A DNA stretch of 64,000 bases from Octopus sinensis (GCF_006345805.1 NW_021835146.1:1-64000); one strand, 5' to 3'. Positions 1 through 13,433 are shown, numbered from the stretch's first letter. Notes: a model not told the origin generated them from the sequence alone. Numbers and translations are program-made.

Positions 1-147
1 TGCAGCCAAATCGTCCTTAAATTACACCCTACTATCATAAAGCTGCCGGCGGAAATGTCTTCCATGGCTAACCTCCAAACGTCTGAAAATGTCTTGAAAA
101 TAATATTGAAACCTATGCGTTCGTTCCCATCAGTATCTTCAACATAA

Positions 148-500
148 GTGTTGGCATATGGTTAAGAAGTCCACTCCACAACTACGAGATCTCGGGTTCG
201 AACACCCTGCGTGGCATTTCAAGCAGATCTAATTTTCTATTGCCTAGAGTTCCTCCATAGCGTGTGAGTAAATTTCGATATTTGGAAACTGTATGGAAGA
301 CTGTCGTATGGATTATACCCTTAATTCAAAGGGTGCAGTCCTTGTCATACGCTGTGTCATACCGATTCTACCCGAGAATCATGTTAAGGGTACACGGGTT
401 TATGGAAAACTCATTCGCTCGTTCAGTCACGTGTTGATCGAGGGACTGTTAATTCGGGTGATCTAGCAATAGAATTCTCATCTCCAGTGACGGAGATCCT
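148..500 (+). mobile_element. Degenerate tRNA-derived SINE: family A-like head joined to tail module X
   Basis: A/B-box-like GGCATATGGTTAAG...GGGTTCGAACACC. The 3' part (CAAAGGG...CCTTGTCA...GTTAAGGGTACACG) aligns by eye to the tail of the SINE at 40044-40426. Confidence 0.65.
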
Positions 501-990
501 TTACCACCGTCACAGCTACCACTATGACCACAACCAAAACCACAACCACCACTACTACCACTACCACCACCTCCACCACCACCACCACAACGATAACAAC
601 AGTTACATCAACATCAAGAATAACAACAACAACAAAACTAATTAAAAAGAAGAAAAACAAGAGCACCATGACCATCACCATTGACAACACTAGCAAAAAC
701 AATAACGGCGACACACAAACAACAATACCAAAACATAAACAATAGCTTCAATAGCAACGGAAACAATTTTTGTTACAACACCATCGCCGCCACCACCACC
801 ACCACCACCACAACCGCCACCACCACCGCCACCACTGCCACCGTGCCCCCACCACCACTACCAGCACTACTACTACCAGCACCACCACCACCATCGCCGC
901 CACCACTGCCACCGCTTCCCCCACCACAACCACCAACACTACCTTCTACCACCACCACCACCATCGCCGCCACCGCCACCACCATTAACA
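500..990. repeat. (ACC/AAC)n imperfect trinucleotide microsatellite
   Basis: Seen directly; explains the poly-T/H/P/V ORFs here. Confidence 0.95.
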
Positions 991-1177
991 CTAATACTGT
1001 AAATGTCAAAGACCAGAACAGACATATTCCTGTAGTTTGGTCTTTTTTAATTGATTTCTCTTTTATTTATTTATTTATTTATTCATATTTTTATTCACTG
1101 GTTGTTAATCTACTTAACTACTGACATATAATACACACACGGACAGAGGCACAGGCATATATTTGCATGTATGTATG

Positions 1178-1228
<51 letters not shown>

Positions 1229-1245
1229 TACATATACATACATCC

Positions 1246-1277
<32 letters not shown>

Positions 1278-2050
1278 GTATGTATATATATATATATATA
1301 TATACATATATTATATATGTATGTATGTATTAATATATATATATATATTATATACAAATACATACACACACACATTTATATATATATTTATGGTGAGAGA
1401 GAGAAAGAATGAGAGAGACGGACAGAGACAGACAGACAGACAGATTGGGAGAGAATGAGAGACATCCACACACACACGCACACACATATACACAGTCATA
1501 CACGATCGTAAAAACATGCATATATATGTATGTATATAAGTGTATATGTGTGTGTGTGTGTCTATGCGTGTGTGTGTGTTTATGTATACGAATATCATAT
1601 ATGCATACATACATGCATACGTACAAACAAACGCATACACATATATAAATGTGTGTGTGCGTTTATGTGTGTATGCGTGTGCAAGTGTGACTGACTCTCA
1701 CACATATGAAAACAGGTCCTATCTACAACCAAAGCCATTCCAACCGTGAACATCCCGCCTTTTCTGTGTACTAGAGCGATATGAACGACTAAACATTTAA
1801 AAGCGGTGCTGCAACATGGCCGCAGTTCAAATATAACTAAAAAGACAACACAAACACACAAAGAAAGTTTTAAATCAAAGACTATATCTTTCAATATATT
1901 ACCATTATTTCTTCGTTTTCGACTCTTTTCCAACACAATCTGCCATATCGTGAAAATTTTGCGCTAATTCTTTCGGAAACTGGTCTGTTACAACTGTGTA
2001 GCACCAGACACATCTCTCTCCTCAGTGACGTAATTAAAATTGATTTAAAA

Positions 2051-2440
2051 TCTTTATATATATAAAGCTGAAGCTGTCTGTGTATGTCAGGTTTGGTAGC
2101 CTTCAACTAACACTATCTCCTCCGAGACCCTGCGGCGCAAGTTCATAAAAATTGGGAGTATGATAGAAAAGGCTTGCTCTTCCTTCCGTAGAAGAAAAAA
2201 TTCAAATCGGACCATGTTAACACCAAAAATTATTTACATCAAAAAGGTGCTTTTTTCTATGAAATTCCCTATTTTTTACGATTTTTTGGCTGCTGTGTCG
2301 CCATTTTTCGGTGTATTTCAACCAGAAAAATGTTCACTTAAAGAGAATAACAAGCTACATAATGCAAAATTTTCACTTTTCAAAAATTCCAATTCTAAAG
2401 GGTCGAAACAAACCCGAGCAACGCCGGGCGATACTGCTAG
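2051..2440 (+). mobile_element. Non-autonomous Helitron, copy 1 (390 bp)
   Basis: Starts TC after A. Ends with a GC hairpin (CCCGAGCAACGCCGGG), then CTAG followed by T. No TSD. Near-identical copies at 10572 and 63596. Confidence 0.9.
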
Positions 2441-2469
2441 TTTTAGCATAAAGCCAGGAGTTTTTTGTG

Positions 2470-2660
2470 GAGAGAGGCAAAGTCGATTAAACCGCCTCTG
2501 GTGTTCAAATGGTACTTATTTTATCGACCCCGAAAGGATAAAAGACGAATTTGAATTGAATGGATAAAAGACGGTGGAATTTGAATTCAGAATGTGAAAA
2601 CGGACGAAATGCCGATAAGCATTTAGTCTGATGTTTTAGTGATTCTTCCAGATCGCCATT
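2470..2660 (-). mobile_element. SINE family B, degenerate copy
   Basis: GGTACTTATTTTATCGACCCCGAAAGGAT...GGAATTTGAATTCAGAA matches the family B core. Confidence 0.75.
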
Positions 2661-3164
2661 TTAGTGACGAAGTTAATATTACAGAACACTTAATGATGGA
2701 AGATGGCGGCCATATTTTACAAAATATTTTGTGTCACTATCGCCATAAAGACGGAACGATTACACTCACTCATTCATTCACTCTCTTCCCCCCCCCATCT
2801 CTCTCTCTTTCTCTTATTCACTCACTCACCCGCGTGCGCGCTCACATGAGGAAGACATAAACAAACGAATATTGACGGCAATAACGCAACCTCTGCGATT
2901 TTAACACCATCAGAAACGAACACACTTTCCATAATTAACTTCACCACCGCCGCCACCACTACCACCACCACCACCACCACCATCATCATCACCACCATCA
3001 TCATAGCTAACGTTGTCGCCAAAATGTGAAAGACCGTCAAATGTCGACTTCGCCTTTTGTTCTTTCGGGGTCGATCAAAATAAGTACCAGTTACCCACTG
3101 GGGTTCATGTAATCCACTTAACCCTCTCCACCAAGCTGCCCTTGTGGCAAAAATTATTATTATT

Positions 3165-3321
3165 ATTTTTTTTTTTTTCTTCTTTCAAATTTGCTTCCAT
3201 TTCTTGCCGAGTGTCTTCCCGACTCCTAGGGCAAAGAAACTCATAGTATACATTGGTAGGCCATTAAACCAAACTCAATAGTTCCTTAATTTTTTTTTAA
3301 GTTAAATTAAAATACATGAGC

Positions 3322-3322
<1 letters not shown>
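3165..3322 (-). mobile_element. 5'-truncated 3' UTR of a Dong/R4-like retroelement
   Basis: Flanked by (TTA)n on both sides. On the minus strand it ends in an A-run plus (AAT)n and carries the CCCTAGG-stem-loop-CTCGG motif. Confidence 0.5.
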
Positions 3323-3376
<54 letters not shown>

Positions 3377-4001
3377 AGTAGCGAGCTGGCAGAATCGTTA
3401 CCGCGCTGGGCAAAATGCTTAGCGGCATTTCGTCCGTCTTTACGTTCTGAGTTCGAATTCTGATGGCGTCGAATTTGATTTTCATCATTTCGCGGACTAC
3501 ATCCGTCCTCCTTTTGCGCCTATTGTAGAAGGGATTGGTGTTGTTGTTGTTGTTGTTGGTTGTTGTGCTGGCAATGGCTTTTTCTGATTGTCGTTGAGGA
3601 AGATATATTGGTCAAGTACTGTTGTGGTGGTAGTGTGGCCGTGGCGCCAGCGGTAGTGGTGGTGGCCGCGGTGGTGGTGGTGGTGGTGGTGGTGTGGGAA
3701 GGAGCTGCTATGGGATGGCGATGTTTATGGTGGTTATGGTGGTGGTGACGGTGATAATGGTGTTATGGTGGTAATGATGGGGGTGGCGAATGTAGTGGTG
3801 GTGGTAGTGGTGATGATGGTGTTATGGTGGTGATGAGGATGGTGGTGGTAATGGTGTTGGTGGTGGTGGTGATGGTGGTGGTGGTAGATGGAGTGTTAGA
3901 TTTTCTGATATGACCGTATCTATCCATCCACTGTGGTCCAGATACAGGAGATGACATTTAAACTAAAGAAAACAACACCCCGAGCAGCAGCAGCGGCAGC
4001 G

Positions 4002-4032
<31 letters not shown>

Positions 4033-4575
4033 AGGCAATGGCAGAAGAAGAAGAGGAGAGGGGGAGAGAGTGAGGGCGATAGATGAGGAGGTGGGAAACG
4101 AAAAGTGTTGCTAGCATTTATTTGTGGTTGTTTAAAGTGTGAAAGTGGTTGTCGTGGTGGTGGTGGTGGTTGGCACTGGTGTTGTTGGTGTTCGTGTTAT
4201 CGGTATTAAATTTGATGGTCGTAACATCGATAATACCATAACCGCCACCACCACCACCACCACCACCACCACCACCAACACCACCAACACCACCACCATC
4301 ACCACCACCGCCATCACTACTACCGCTGGTTCCGCGGCCAAACTACCACCGAACAGTACTTGACCAATATATCTTCCTCAACGACAATCACCAGAAAAAG
4401 CCAAAACCACCACAACAATCAGCAACACCGCTCCCCCCACCACCACCTCAAATACTACCTCCAACACACAGTAACCACCATGAACTTACATCGTGTACCA
4501 CGGAAACACCACTACCACAACCACTATCGCAGTATGACGCTTTATTTCTTCCACAGCAACAGCAATCACCTGTAT

Positions 4576-4611
<36 letters not shown>

Positions 4612-4688
4612 AGCTACCAACCCCACAACAATTACTAATACCACCACCTCTACCACTACGCCGTCAGCAGTAATGCCCTATTAACTAA

Positions 4689-4800
4689 GCGTGGCTCAGT
4701 GGTTACGGCATTTGGCTCACGATCGTGAGGCGGCAAGTTCGATCCCCGGTTGTTCTTTGTGTCCTTGAGCAAGACACTTTCTATCTTGTTCACTCAGTGA
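4689..4800 (+). mobile_element. tRNA-derived CORE-like SINE head
   Basis: A box GTGGCTCAGTGG, B box GTTCGATCCC, and CORE-like GTGTCCTTGAGCAAGACACTT. Confidence 0.75.
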
Positions 4801-5027
4801 CAAAATGTGTCGTACGTTCACTCAGTGACAAAATGTGTCGTACGTAGTTGCTGAAAATTTCTGTGGGTTAAGAAAATACAGAGGATCGTCTGATTTATGA
4901 TTTTATTCAACGTAGCCAAGTTCACTCAAGTGACAAAATGTGTCGTACGTAGGGTTGCTGAAAAGTTCCTGTCTTTGGGTTAAAGAAAATACAGAAGGAT
5001 CGCTGATTTATGATTTTATTCAACGTA

Positions 5028-5438
5028 GGCGCAGGAGTGGCTGTGTGGTAAGTAGCTTGCTAACCAACCACATGGTTCCGGGTTCAGTCCCGCTGCGTGG
5101 CATCTTGGGCAAGTGTCTTCTGCTATAGCCCCGGGCCGACCAATGTCTTGTGAGTGGATTTGGTAGATGGAATCTGAAAGAAGCCTGTCGTATATGTGTG
5201 TGTGTCTGTGTTTGTCCCTCTAACATTGCTTGTGTGTTTGTCCCTCTAGCATTGCTGGTGTGTTTACGTCCCCGTCACTTACCGGTTCGGCAAAAAGAGA
5301 CCGATAGAATAAGTACTGGGCTTACAAAGAATAAGTCCTGGGGTCGATTTGCTCGACTAAAGGCGGTGCTCCAGCATGGCCGCAGTCAAATGACTGAAAC
5401 AAGTAAAAGAGTAAAAGAGTAAAGAGAGTAAAGAGAGT
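5028..5438 (+). mobile_element. SINE family A (tRNA head, CORE-like CTTGGGCAAG, internal TA/TG tract, (GTAAAAGA)n tail)
   Basis: A box GTGGCTGTGTGGTAAG, B box GGTTCAGTCCC, and a tandem 3' tail. More than ten homologous segments occur in the window; it resembles the octopus OR-type SINEs as I recall them. Confidence 0.9.
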
Positions 5439-5541
5439 ATTCCCCTCTCAGATACACACACTTATTGCAGCGGACCTTTAGTTTTTGTAAGCTCTGTAAA
5501 AGAACTCAGAAGGTTGGACCTCCAACTGGGCCTTTCACAAT

Positions 5542-5963
5542 GCCTATTTCTTTACTACCCTCAAGGGGCTAAACACAGAGAGGACAAACAAGGACAGACA
5601 AACGGATTAAGTCGATTATATCGACCCCAGTGCGTAACTGGTACTTATTTAATCTACCCCGAAAGGATGAAAGGCGAAGTCGACGTCGGCGGAATTTGAA
5701 CTCAGAACGTTGCGGCAGACGAAATACCTATTTCTTTACTACCCACAAGGGGCTAAACACGGAGAGGACAAACAAGGACAGACAAACGGATTAAGTCGAT
5801 TATATCGACCCCAGGGCGTAACTGGTACTTAATTTATCGACCCCCGAAAGGATGAAAGGCGAAGTCGACGTCAGAGGAATTTGAACTCAGAACGTAGCGG
5901 CAGACGAAATACTGCTGAGCATTTTACCTGTCGTGCTAACGATCCTGCCAGCTCGCTGCCTTA
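5542..5963 (-). mobile_element. SINE family B head-to-tail dimer with 13-bp TSD
   Basis: Two copies of the body; GGCCTTTCACAAT at 5529-5541 and 5964-5976. Confidence 0.9.
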
Positions 5964-6199
5964 GGCCTTTCACAATAGCCTTAAAACCAGGAAACCTTTC
6001 AGCAACCCCTCACACTTATATTTCAAATGTCCAACCTTGTCATATTCTGTGTCACGCTGAACGTCTTTGAGCCCTACATTAAGGTTACCCACATCCTTAG
6101 AAAACCCCAATCAGTTTCAATGTTTGTATTGTATTATAGGGAGGTATTTCTCTACTTACCTCGCCACTTCCCCTCCCCCAAGCTTTCAGTTATACTGTA

Positions 6200-6406
6200 A
6201 CATCTCTTAATCTTCACTTGCCCCAGGGCACAGGGTGTGTCTCGGCAAGTGATTGCAACAAACATGCAAATTAAAAGTAAACAACAATGACAAGGATAAT
6301 AATAATAATTGGGGTGTAAGAACACTCCTCGACATCTAAGGAAACTGGTCGTTCTTGGGTTTCGAGGACATTCATATGGAATGTTAAACATTCCTGCACA
6401 CCGTGA
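6200..6406 (+). mobile_element. Two short Dong/R4-like 3' ends separated and followed by (AAT)n
   Basis: CCCCAGGGCACA-GGG-TGTGTCTCGG stem-loop in the first piece. The second piece reads VRTLLDI* (like an RLE C-terminus) followed by a UTR and AAT repeats. Confidence 0.4.
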
Positions 6407-7209
6407 ATAATAATAATAATAATAGTCTGATGATGGGGACGTGTTATACGCGTATTAAACTCTATATGAGCGTGGGTATGTGTGCGTCTATGCCTGCACT
6501 TGCCATTGAGTTTGTTTTTCAACGCTAGAAAAATAGTGTAGATTTGCATCTAACTGTTCGGCAAGGAGGGAACTGATAAAATATGTACCACTCTAGATAT
6601 TCTGGAATCGATTTGATCAACTGAGAAACTCTTTAATGATTGTCTCAGCTTAGCAGCAAACCACTGACTACTACAAAAACATACCAACATAATCCATATA
6701 CACATGCATACACACATTAGTACACACACGTGTGTGTGTGTTGTGCGTGTGAGTGCATGATGACGGCCATGTTACAGCACTGTGTGCTTCTAAAGAATTG
6801 GTCGATCCTCTTGACTCTCGAGTTTATTTCAATCTGATACTCTCATATTATCGATCTGTATTGGTCACGGGGCATAATATAACACAATGACGATAATAAC
6901 CATTTATAGAGACCGATGTGTTCATAAAACACACCCGCAGATATACACACATACATATCTATATCTATATATATATATATATAATATATATATACATGCG
7001 TGTGTTTCAGTATGCGGGTGTGCACGTGCTAATGTCTGTCAGTTTATCTATATATGTAGACTTAAATGAAACCAGAGATAAACATGAATAATATATATTA
7101 ATATTTATTTAAAACAGCGGCGCTGTGTTTTAAAGTAAATATAAATATTTATTATATTTATATCTATCTACATATAATATATATGTGTGCATATATACAT
7201 GTATATATG

Positions 7210-7285
<76 letters not shown>

Positions 7286-7290
7286 AAATA

Positions 7291-7365
<75 letters not shown>

Positions 7366-7548
7366 GTATGTATGTATATACAACACGTAGTTACAGTCTT
7401 TTAGTCTCACAATTCAAAAGAGCACTAAACATTAATGACATTCTGGAAATTGTTCAAATTTATTTATGGTCTTGGTTTCAAATAACTTTATACTATACAA
7501 ATAATCAAAAACAACTAACACCACGTACACACAGACACAGACACATTA

Positions 7549-7617
<69 letters not shown>

Positions 7618-7757
7618 TATATAATATATATATCAATCATAATTGTTAAGTTTTATGTTTCTAGTTTGATAATAGAGTTATTTATAAGTAAAATTATTAT
7701 ATTATTTATATCTTAAAATATTGTTTAAATATTCTGATTATATTTTAGATATTTCAA

Positions 7758-7832
7758 TTAACCTGAAGATTGACTGTAACCATAACTCGAATTAGTTACG
7801 AATTGTACAGCCATGAAACGATCGTAGTGTTT
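7758..7832 (+). ncRNA. Type I hammerhead ribozyme motif (degenerate helix I)
   Basis: CUGAAGA (7763-7769), helix II UGACUGUA/UACAGCCA, GAAA, palindromic ACGAUCGU, cleavage triplet GUA. Confidence 0.55.
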
Positions 7833-8151
7833 TACTCTTTATCTTTTATTAAACTTTTAATACCTTTGATATATATTTAAAATAATATAAATGAATTAAT
7901 TTTATGTATTGGCTTATGTTTTTCATAGTTTGATTTGCTTAATAGTGGTTTTATCTCTAATTTAATATAATATAATATAATATATTTATACTATAAAATT
8001 GGATTTAATCCTAAATCTGATTTTTCCCTGTAAGTTTGGATTTATTCCCTAATATTTTATTATATATATATATATAAGTTCAGCAAAATTTTGATTCAAA
8101 TGAATGAATATGGTTCTTAAGTCAGATGAACCAGAATTTAGTACGGTGTTA

Positions 8152-8229
8152 CTGATGATTGCTCAACATATTAAAACTGTTGTAATACTTATAATGTTTA
8201 ATAAAATGATGTAGCGTGAAACGATCGTA
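8152..8229 (+). ncRNA. Hammerhead ribozyme motif (helix I missing)
   Basis: CUGAUGA, long AU-rich helix II, then GAAACGAUCGUA identical to the 7758 motif. Confidence 0.45.
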
Positions 8230-8313
8230 CCAAATTACCGAAGATATTCTTGTTGCTTAATTTGATTATATATATATATATATGTGTGTGTGTGTAGAAA
8301 AACAAACTGGGAC

Positions 8314-8348
<35 letters not shown>

Positions 8349-8424
8349 CATGCTCACGTTCACAGAGTTATACAAACACAGAAACATGCATTCGCACACA
8401 TGCACACTCGTGTTGATACACATG

Positions 8425-8832
8425 TACTCTTTTACTTGTTTGTTTCAGTCATTTGACTGTGGCCATGCTGGAGCACCGGCTTTAGTTGAGCAAATCGACC
8501 CCAGGACGTATTCTTTGTAAGCCTAGTACTTATTCTATCGGCCCCTTTAGCCGAATCGCTAAGTTACGGGGACGTAAACACACCAGCATCGGTTGTCAAG
8601 CGATGTTGGGAAGACAAACGCAGACACACAGACACACACACTTACATACAAATATATAAAGACATATATACGACGAGCTTCTTTCAGTTTCCGTCTATCA
8701 AATCTACTCACAAGGCTTTCCTCGGCCCGAGGATATAGTAGAAGACACTTGCCCAAGGTGCCAAGCAGTGGGACTGAACCAGCAACCATGTGGTTGATAA
8801 GCAAGCTACTTACCACACAGCCACTTCTACGC
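8425..8832 (-). mobile_element. SINE family A, full length
   Basis: Reverse complement of 5028-5438. Confidence 0.9.
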
Positions 8833-8923
8833 TATGGTAATATATACATATGTATGTGTTTTGTGTGGTATGTGCGAGCGCTTTGTATATGAAGTTATAT
8901 ATAAAAATAGTCTAATATTATAT

Positions 8924-8973
<50 letters not shown>

Positions 8974-9184
8974 TATTATGTAGAGAGAGAGGGGAAGGGA
9001 GAGAGAGACAGACTAGCAGAGACATACGATCATGTAAAATGACGTTTGCTGGCGTAACGTATTACGTATATAAAAATAAGTGCTCCGATTGACCTAAAAC
9101 TCCAACTATAGCTGTGCTGTAGAACGTTGAATGGCTATAAGTGGTTTATCATTGAGCGGTTACACGTACAACAAACGGAAAGAA

Positions 9185-9674
9185 TGAAGCCCAGTATACC
9201 CATCATGACTACCCGTCTGATAAGGGTACATCAGGCACATGCATCACAACCATGTTTGCGCGACATGGTGATCTCATATCAAGATAAACAGCACATGACC
9301 TTGCAAGTGGGGCCCAGTTACAATTTTCTTCTGGTCGAGTAGCCAATCCCATTCAAAAGGTCCCTGAACAAGGGTTGTTTAAGGATGTTGAACGAAACAC
9401 CCATGTTTCCAGAGGTGAATTATTCAAACCCCAATGAATCCCTCTCAATACATGGCTATGATGCTGCCCCACTACTTCTGCTCGTGATCAGAGATGCACA
9501 TATCGTCAGCCACTAAGGGACATGGTCAACTGGTTACGGTCAAACAAATGGTATTGAGCAGAATATTTGCTGTAGCCCATCTTTTATACCAAGACAAAAC
9601 GATGTACATGATCACACTTCCAATCAGTTCAGATCAGAAGCCACGAGAGCCACTGCCTGGTACTGCATCAGGGC

Positions 9675-9677
<3 letters not shown>
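9185..9677 (-). mobile_element. Element C (non-coding element in (AAT)n), copy lacking the extreme 3' end
   Basis: Reverse complement of 21618-22130; its 5' end abuts (TTA)n. Confidence 0.85.
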
Positions 9678-9746
<69 letters not shown>

Positions 9747-9770
9747 CATCATCATATATTATTATTATTA

Positions 9771-9817
<47 letters not shown>

Positions 9818-9833
9818 CATTGTTATAATTATT

Positions 9834-9874
<41 letters not shown>

Positions 9875-10312
9875 TTCACCATCAATAAAAGCAGCAACAA
9901 GCACAGCCACTGAATCTCTGATGTTCAAAAGCAAAAGAAACCGAAAATCCATTTTAAAAAGGAAGAAACAGCACATGAAATGTCAACCCATAACTGTGTC
10001 GATAATCCGTTTTTGAATTTGTTTTGTCAAAATTTTGGTCTGCAAACATGTGCTGACACCAATATCTTTTATATTTTGAAAACGGCATAACAAATAAACA
10101 CTCACTCACACACACACACACACACCACACACACACACACACACACATACGCGTCAGTTGTTGCTTGTCTGTTTTCTCTTTTGTCCGCCATTTTTGTTTT
10201 ATCATCACATATCATGTGGCTCACTTAATGGACGTAGAGTTTCCGAAAAATGTTATTTTTTTTTTAAAAAGACATTTAATTACCATTATAATTAATTGAG
10301 AATCTTTAGAAA

Positions 10313-10353
<41 letters not shown>

Positions 10354-10571
10354 TGTGAGAGCAGATAGCAACATGTTTAAAATGAAAGACAGAGAGGAGG
10401 GGAATATAAAACGAACGAAGAAGAGAACTTGAGTGCGATAGAGGCAGACAAACTCACAGGCAAGTCTTTCTGGCTGAAACTAATCCTTCTTTTTCTCTCT
10501 GTGTCTACCTATCACCGTTTGTATATATATTGGCTTTGATCTGAAAAAAGTTGTGTGTATGTATCACTAAA

Positions 10572-10961
10572 CTAGCAGTATCGCCCGGCGTCGCTCGGGT
10601 TTGTTTCGACCCTTTACAATTGGAATTTTTGAAAAGTAAAAAATTTGCATTATGTAGCTTGTTATTCTCTTTTCAATGAACATTTTTTCTGGTTGAAATG
10701 CACCTAAAAATGGCGACACAGCAGTCAAAAAATCGGAAAAAATAGGGATCTTCATAGAAAAAAAAGCACCTTTTTGATGTAAATAATTTTTGGTGTTAAC
10801 ATGGTCCGATTTGAAGTTTATCTTCTACGGAAGGAAGAGCAAGCCTTTTCTATCATACTCTCAATTTTGGTCAACTTGTGCCGCAGGGTTTCGGAGGAGA
10901 TAGTGTTAGTTGAAGGCTACCAAACCTGCCATACACAGACAACTTCAACTTTATATATAGA
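10572..10961 (-). mobile_element. Non-autonomous Helitron, copy 2 (390 bp)
   Basis: Minus strand TC...hairpin...CTAG inserted at A^T. Confidence 0.9.
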
Positions 10962-11049
10962 TAGGTTAAGGATGTGTAGAGGCAGAAAAGTATTATCGAA
11001 TAAAGTGACAATAATCGATCATAGTATTTCGCTGGTATTAATTTTACCG

Positions 11050-11116
<67 letters not shown>

Positions 11117-11469
11117 GAGAATGTAGCATTAGATTGAAAGAACACTTAAAACCTTCCACCAAAAAAGGTTAGCAGATATTTCAGGCTAACCTAACGACGC
11201 TGAGCGAGCTGGAACTCGGAACTCACCTCCCAACTCCTTATCCCTCTCGTTGTTTGGTCGTAAAATTTTATTTCCAAACACACACACACACACACCCACA
11301 CTCATATATACATACGCTCTCACAAACACACACATACACACGGACACATGTTTCGATATAGACACAATTGGACACACAAGCGCGCACTTGCACATGCAAG
11401 CATGTATATATATATATATATACACACACATATCTGCTTACTTATCTAGCTAGCTATCTTTATTTATCT

Positions 11470-11493
11470 GTCTATCTATCTATCTATCTATCT

Positions 11494-11546
<53 letters not shown>

Positions 11547-11547
11547 G

Positions 11548-11625
<78 letters not shown>

Positions 11626-11650
11626 ACATAGATATAGATGTAGATAGATA
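11470..11650. repeat. (CTAT)n/(ATAG)n tetranucleotide microsatellite
   Basis: Seen directly. Confidence 0.95.
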
Positions 11651-11655
11651 GAGAG

Positions 11656-12044
11656 CAGCGCTGGATTAAATCTTAAGCAAAATAAACACGTTCTTATGAC
11701 ATCAAGTGAAGCGGGGCACCACAGAAATAGTGAATAGTTTACGGCAGAAAAGAAATAAATTTAAACTTGCTAAAATAATATTCTAAGTAGTTTACATGAT
11801 CTGGAATATACTTTCGAAGTGTTCATGATGTCATAAGGAAGATCTGATAATAGAATTTGCTGCTAAAAACAGTCGGAGAAAACTTTTCAATGGAAGTGTA
11901 CAAAAATAACCATTATGTTCCATCTTAGAAAAAGAAAAAATTCCTTTTATGGTTAATTATTGTTTGCATTTTGAGTTACATATATATGGGTCCACCAAAA
12001 GCATTTAAGTGCTTAGGGCATCAATGGGCCTTAATCCAGCCCTG
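11656..12044 (+). mobile_element. Non-autonomous hAT DNA transposon derivative
   Basis: TIRs CAGCGCTGGATTAA / TTAATCCAGCCCTG (13/14 match) and 8-bp TSD ATAGAGAG/ATAGAAAG. An internal frame at ~11838-11890 reads EDLIIEFAAKNSRRKLF, typical of a hAT transposase C-terminus. Confidence 0.85.
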
Positions 12045-12304
12045 ATAGAAAGACAGACAGACAGACTGACAAACAGAGAGACAGATTCCTTATTTCGAAG
12101 AGTATGTTCATTAAATTACCTCCCCCCCTCTGTAAAATCCCGCCCCGGCTAATTTAGTTCCTATTAAACTAGCCTACTTTGTTAATGGCGGCGAATAAGA
12201 TGGCGCTTGGAAATTGGAAATTGATAGAAATTATGAGTTAATTCGTCTTTCTGTAAATATTTTTATGATTTTATTTTTTTGTTTGCTCGTAATATTCTAT
12301 TGAC

Positions 12305-12720
12305 GATTATCATCGGCCGCGATCACGGTGATAGTCATCATTACCATCATCGTCATCATCATCATCATCGTCATCATCATCATCATCATCATCATCATCG
12401 TCATCATCATCATCATCATCATCCTCATGATCATCATCACCATCATATTCATCGTCATCATGATCATCATATTCATCATATTCATCATCAGAGTCATCAT
12501 CATGATCACCATCAGCGTCATCGACGACATCATCATCATCATCATCACCATCGTCATCATCATCATCATCGTCATCATCATCATCATCATCACTATCGTC
12601 ACCATCATCAATAGTTGAAGTCACCGTCGTAGTCATCGTCATCATCTTCATCATCATCATCATCATCACCATCATCATCATCATCCTCATCACCATCACC
12701 ATCATCACCATCATCGTCAT
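12305..12720. repeat. (ATC)n imperfect microsatellite
   Basis: Seen directly; source of the poly-H/D/M/I ORFs. Confidence 0.95.
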
Positions 12721-13401
12721 GAGTTTCGTTCGAACGACGTCGAGGATGAGGATAATGATACTGAGGGCAGACGAAGAGGACATAACGTGACGCTAATAAA
12801 CAACGACGACGACCGAGGAGGAGGAGGAGGAGGAATGGTGGGAAAAGGAAGGGAGGCGGAGAAGAACAAGAACAAGAACAACAACAACAACAGCAGCAGC
12901 AACAAAAAGAGAAGGATACGAAGGGTGGGGAAGAGGTAATGAAGAAAGGGAGTTGGCGGAAGACTGTACCGACGATGAAATCATTAAAAAAATATTATAG
13001 GATTTTCTTTACAATTATTTCATGCATTATTATTATTTTTATACAACCCTTAGCGGTTAATAAAGAAAACATTATCATTATCATCATCATCATCATCATC
13101 ATTATTATTATTATTATTATTATTATTGAAAATGCCAATTTTATCGATTCGAGCGAATATTTCCACGCCATCTTTGATGAATTTTAATGAAAGCTAAACT
13201 AACAGTTCGCAACAGTAAAAATAACAAACAAACAAAAAAGAAGAAAAAAACAATGATAAATAATAAACGTAATAAGCTCATCAAAACCGCCACTCCCAGC
13301 TCCGGCACCACCACCACCACCAACACTAACACAACAACAACAACAGCAACATTCACAACCATGACCACAAGTGCGACAAACATGAACATAACAGCACGAT
13401 C

Positions 13402-13433
<32 letters not shown>

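Larger units (their letters stand above)
7640..8240 (+). mobile_element. Penelope-like element relic(s) between (TA)n tracts
   Basis: Two hammerhead-like motifs ending TGAAACGATCGTA. The segment at 7941-8060 is homologous to 55308-55413. Confidence 0.6.

Noticed and set aside
1961-2030. Minus-strand CUGAGGA...GAAA hammerhead candidate
   Set aside because: Helix II is plausible but helix I cannot form.
2160-2567. 135-aa ORF repeated at 10567 and 63803
   Set aside because: It lies within a non-autonomous Helitron and runs into a SINE; no recognisable Rep or helicase motif.
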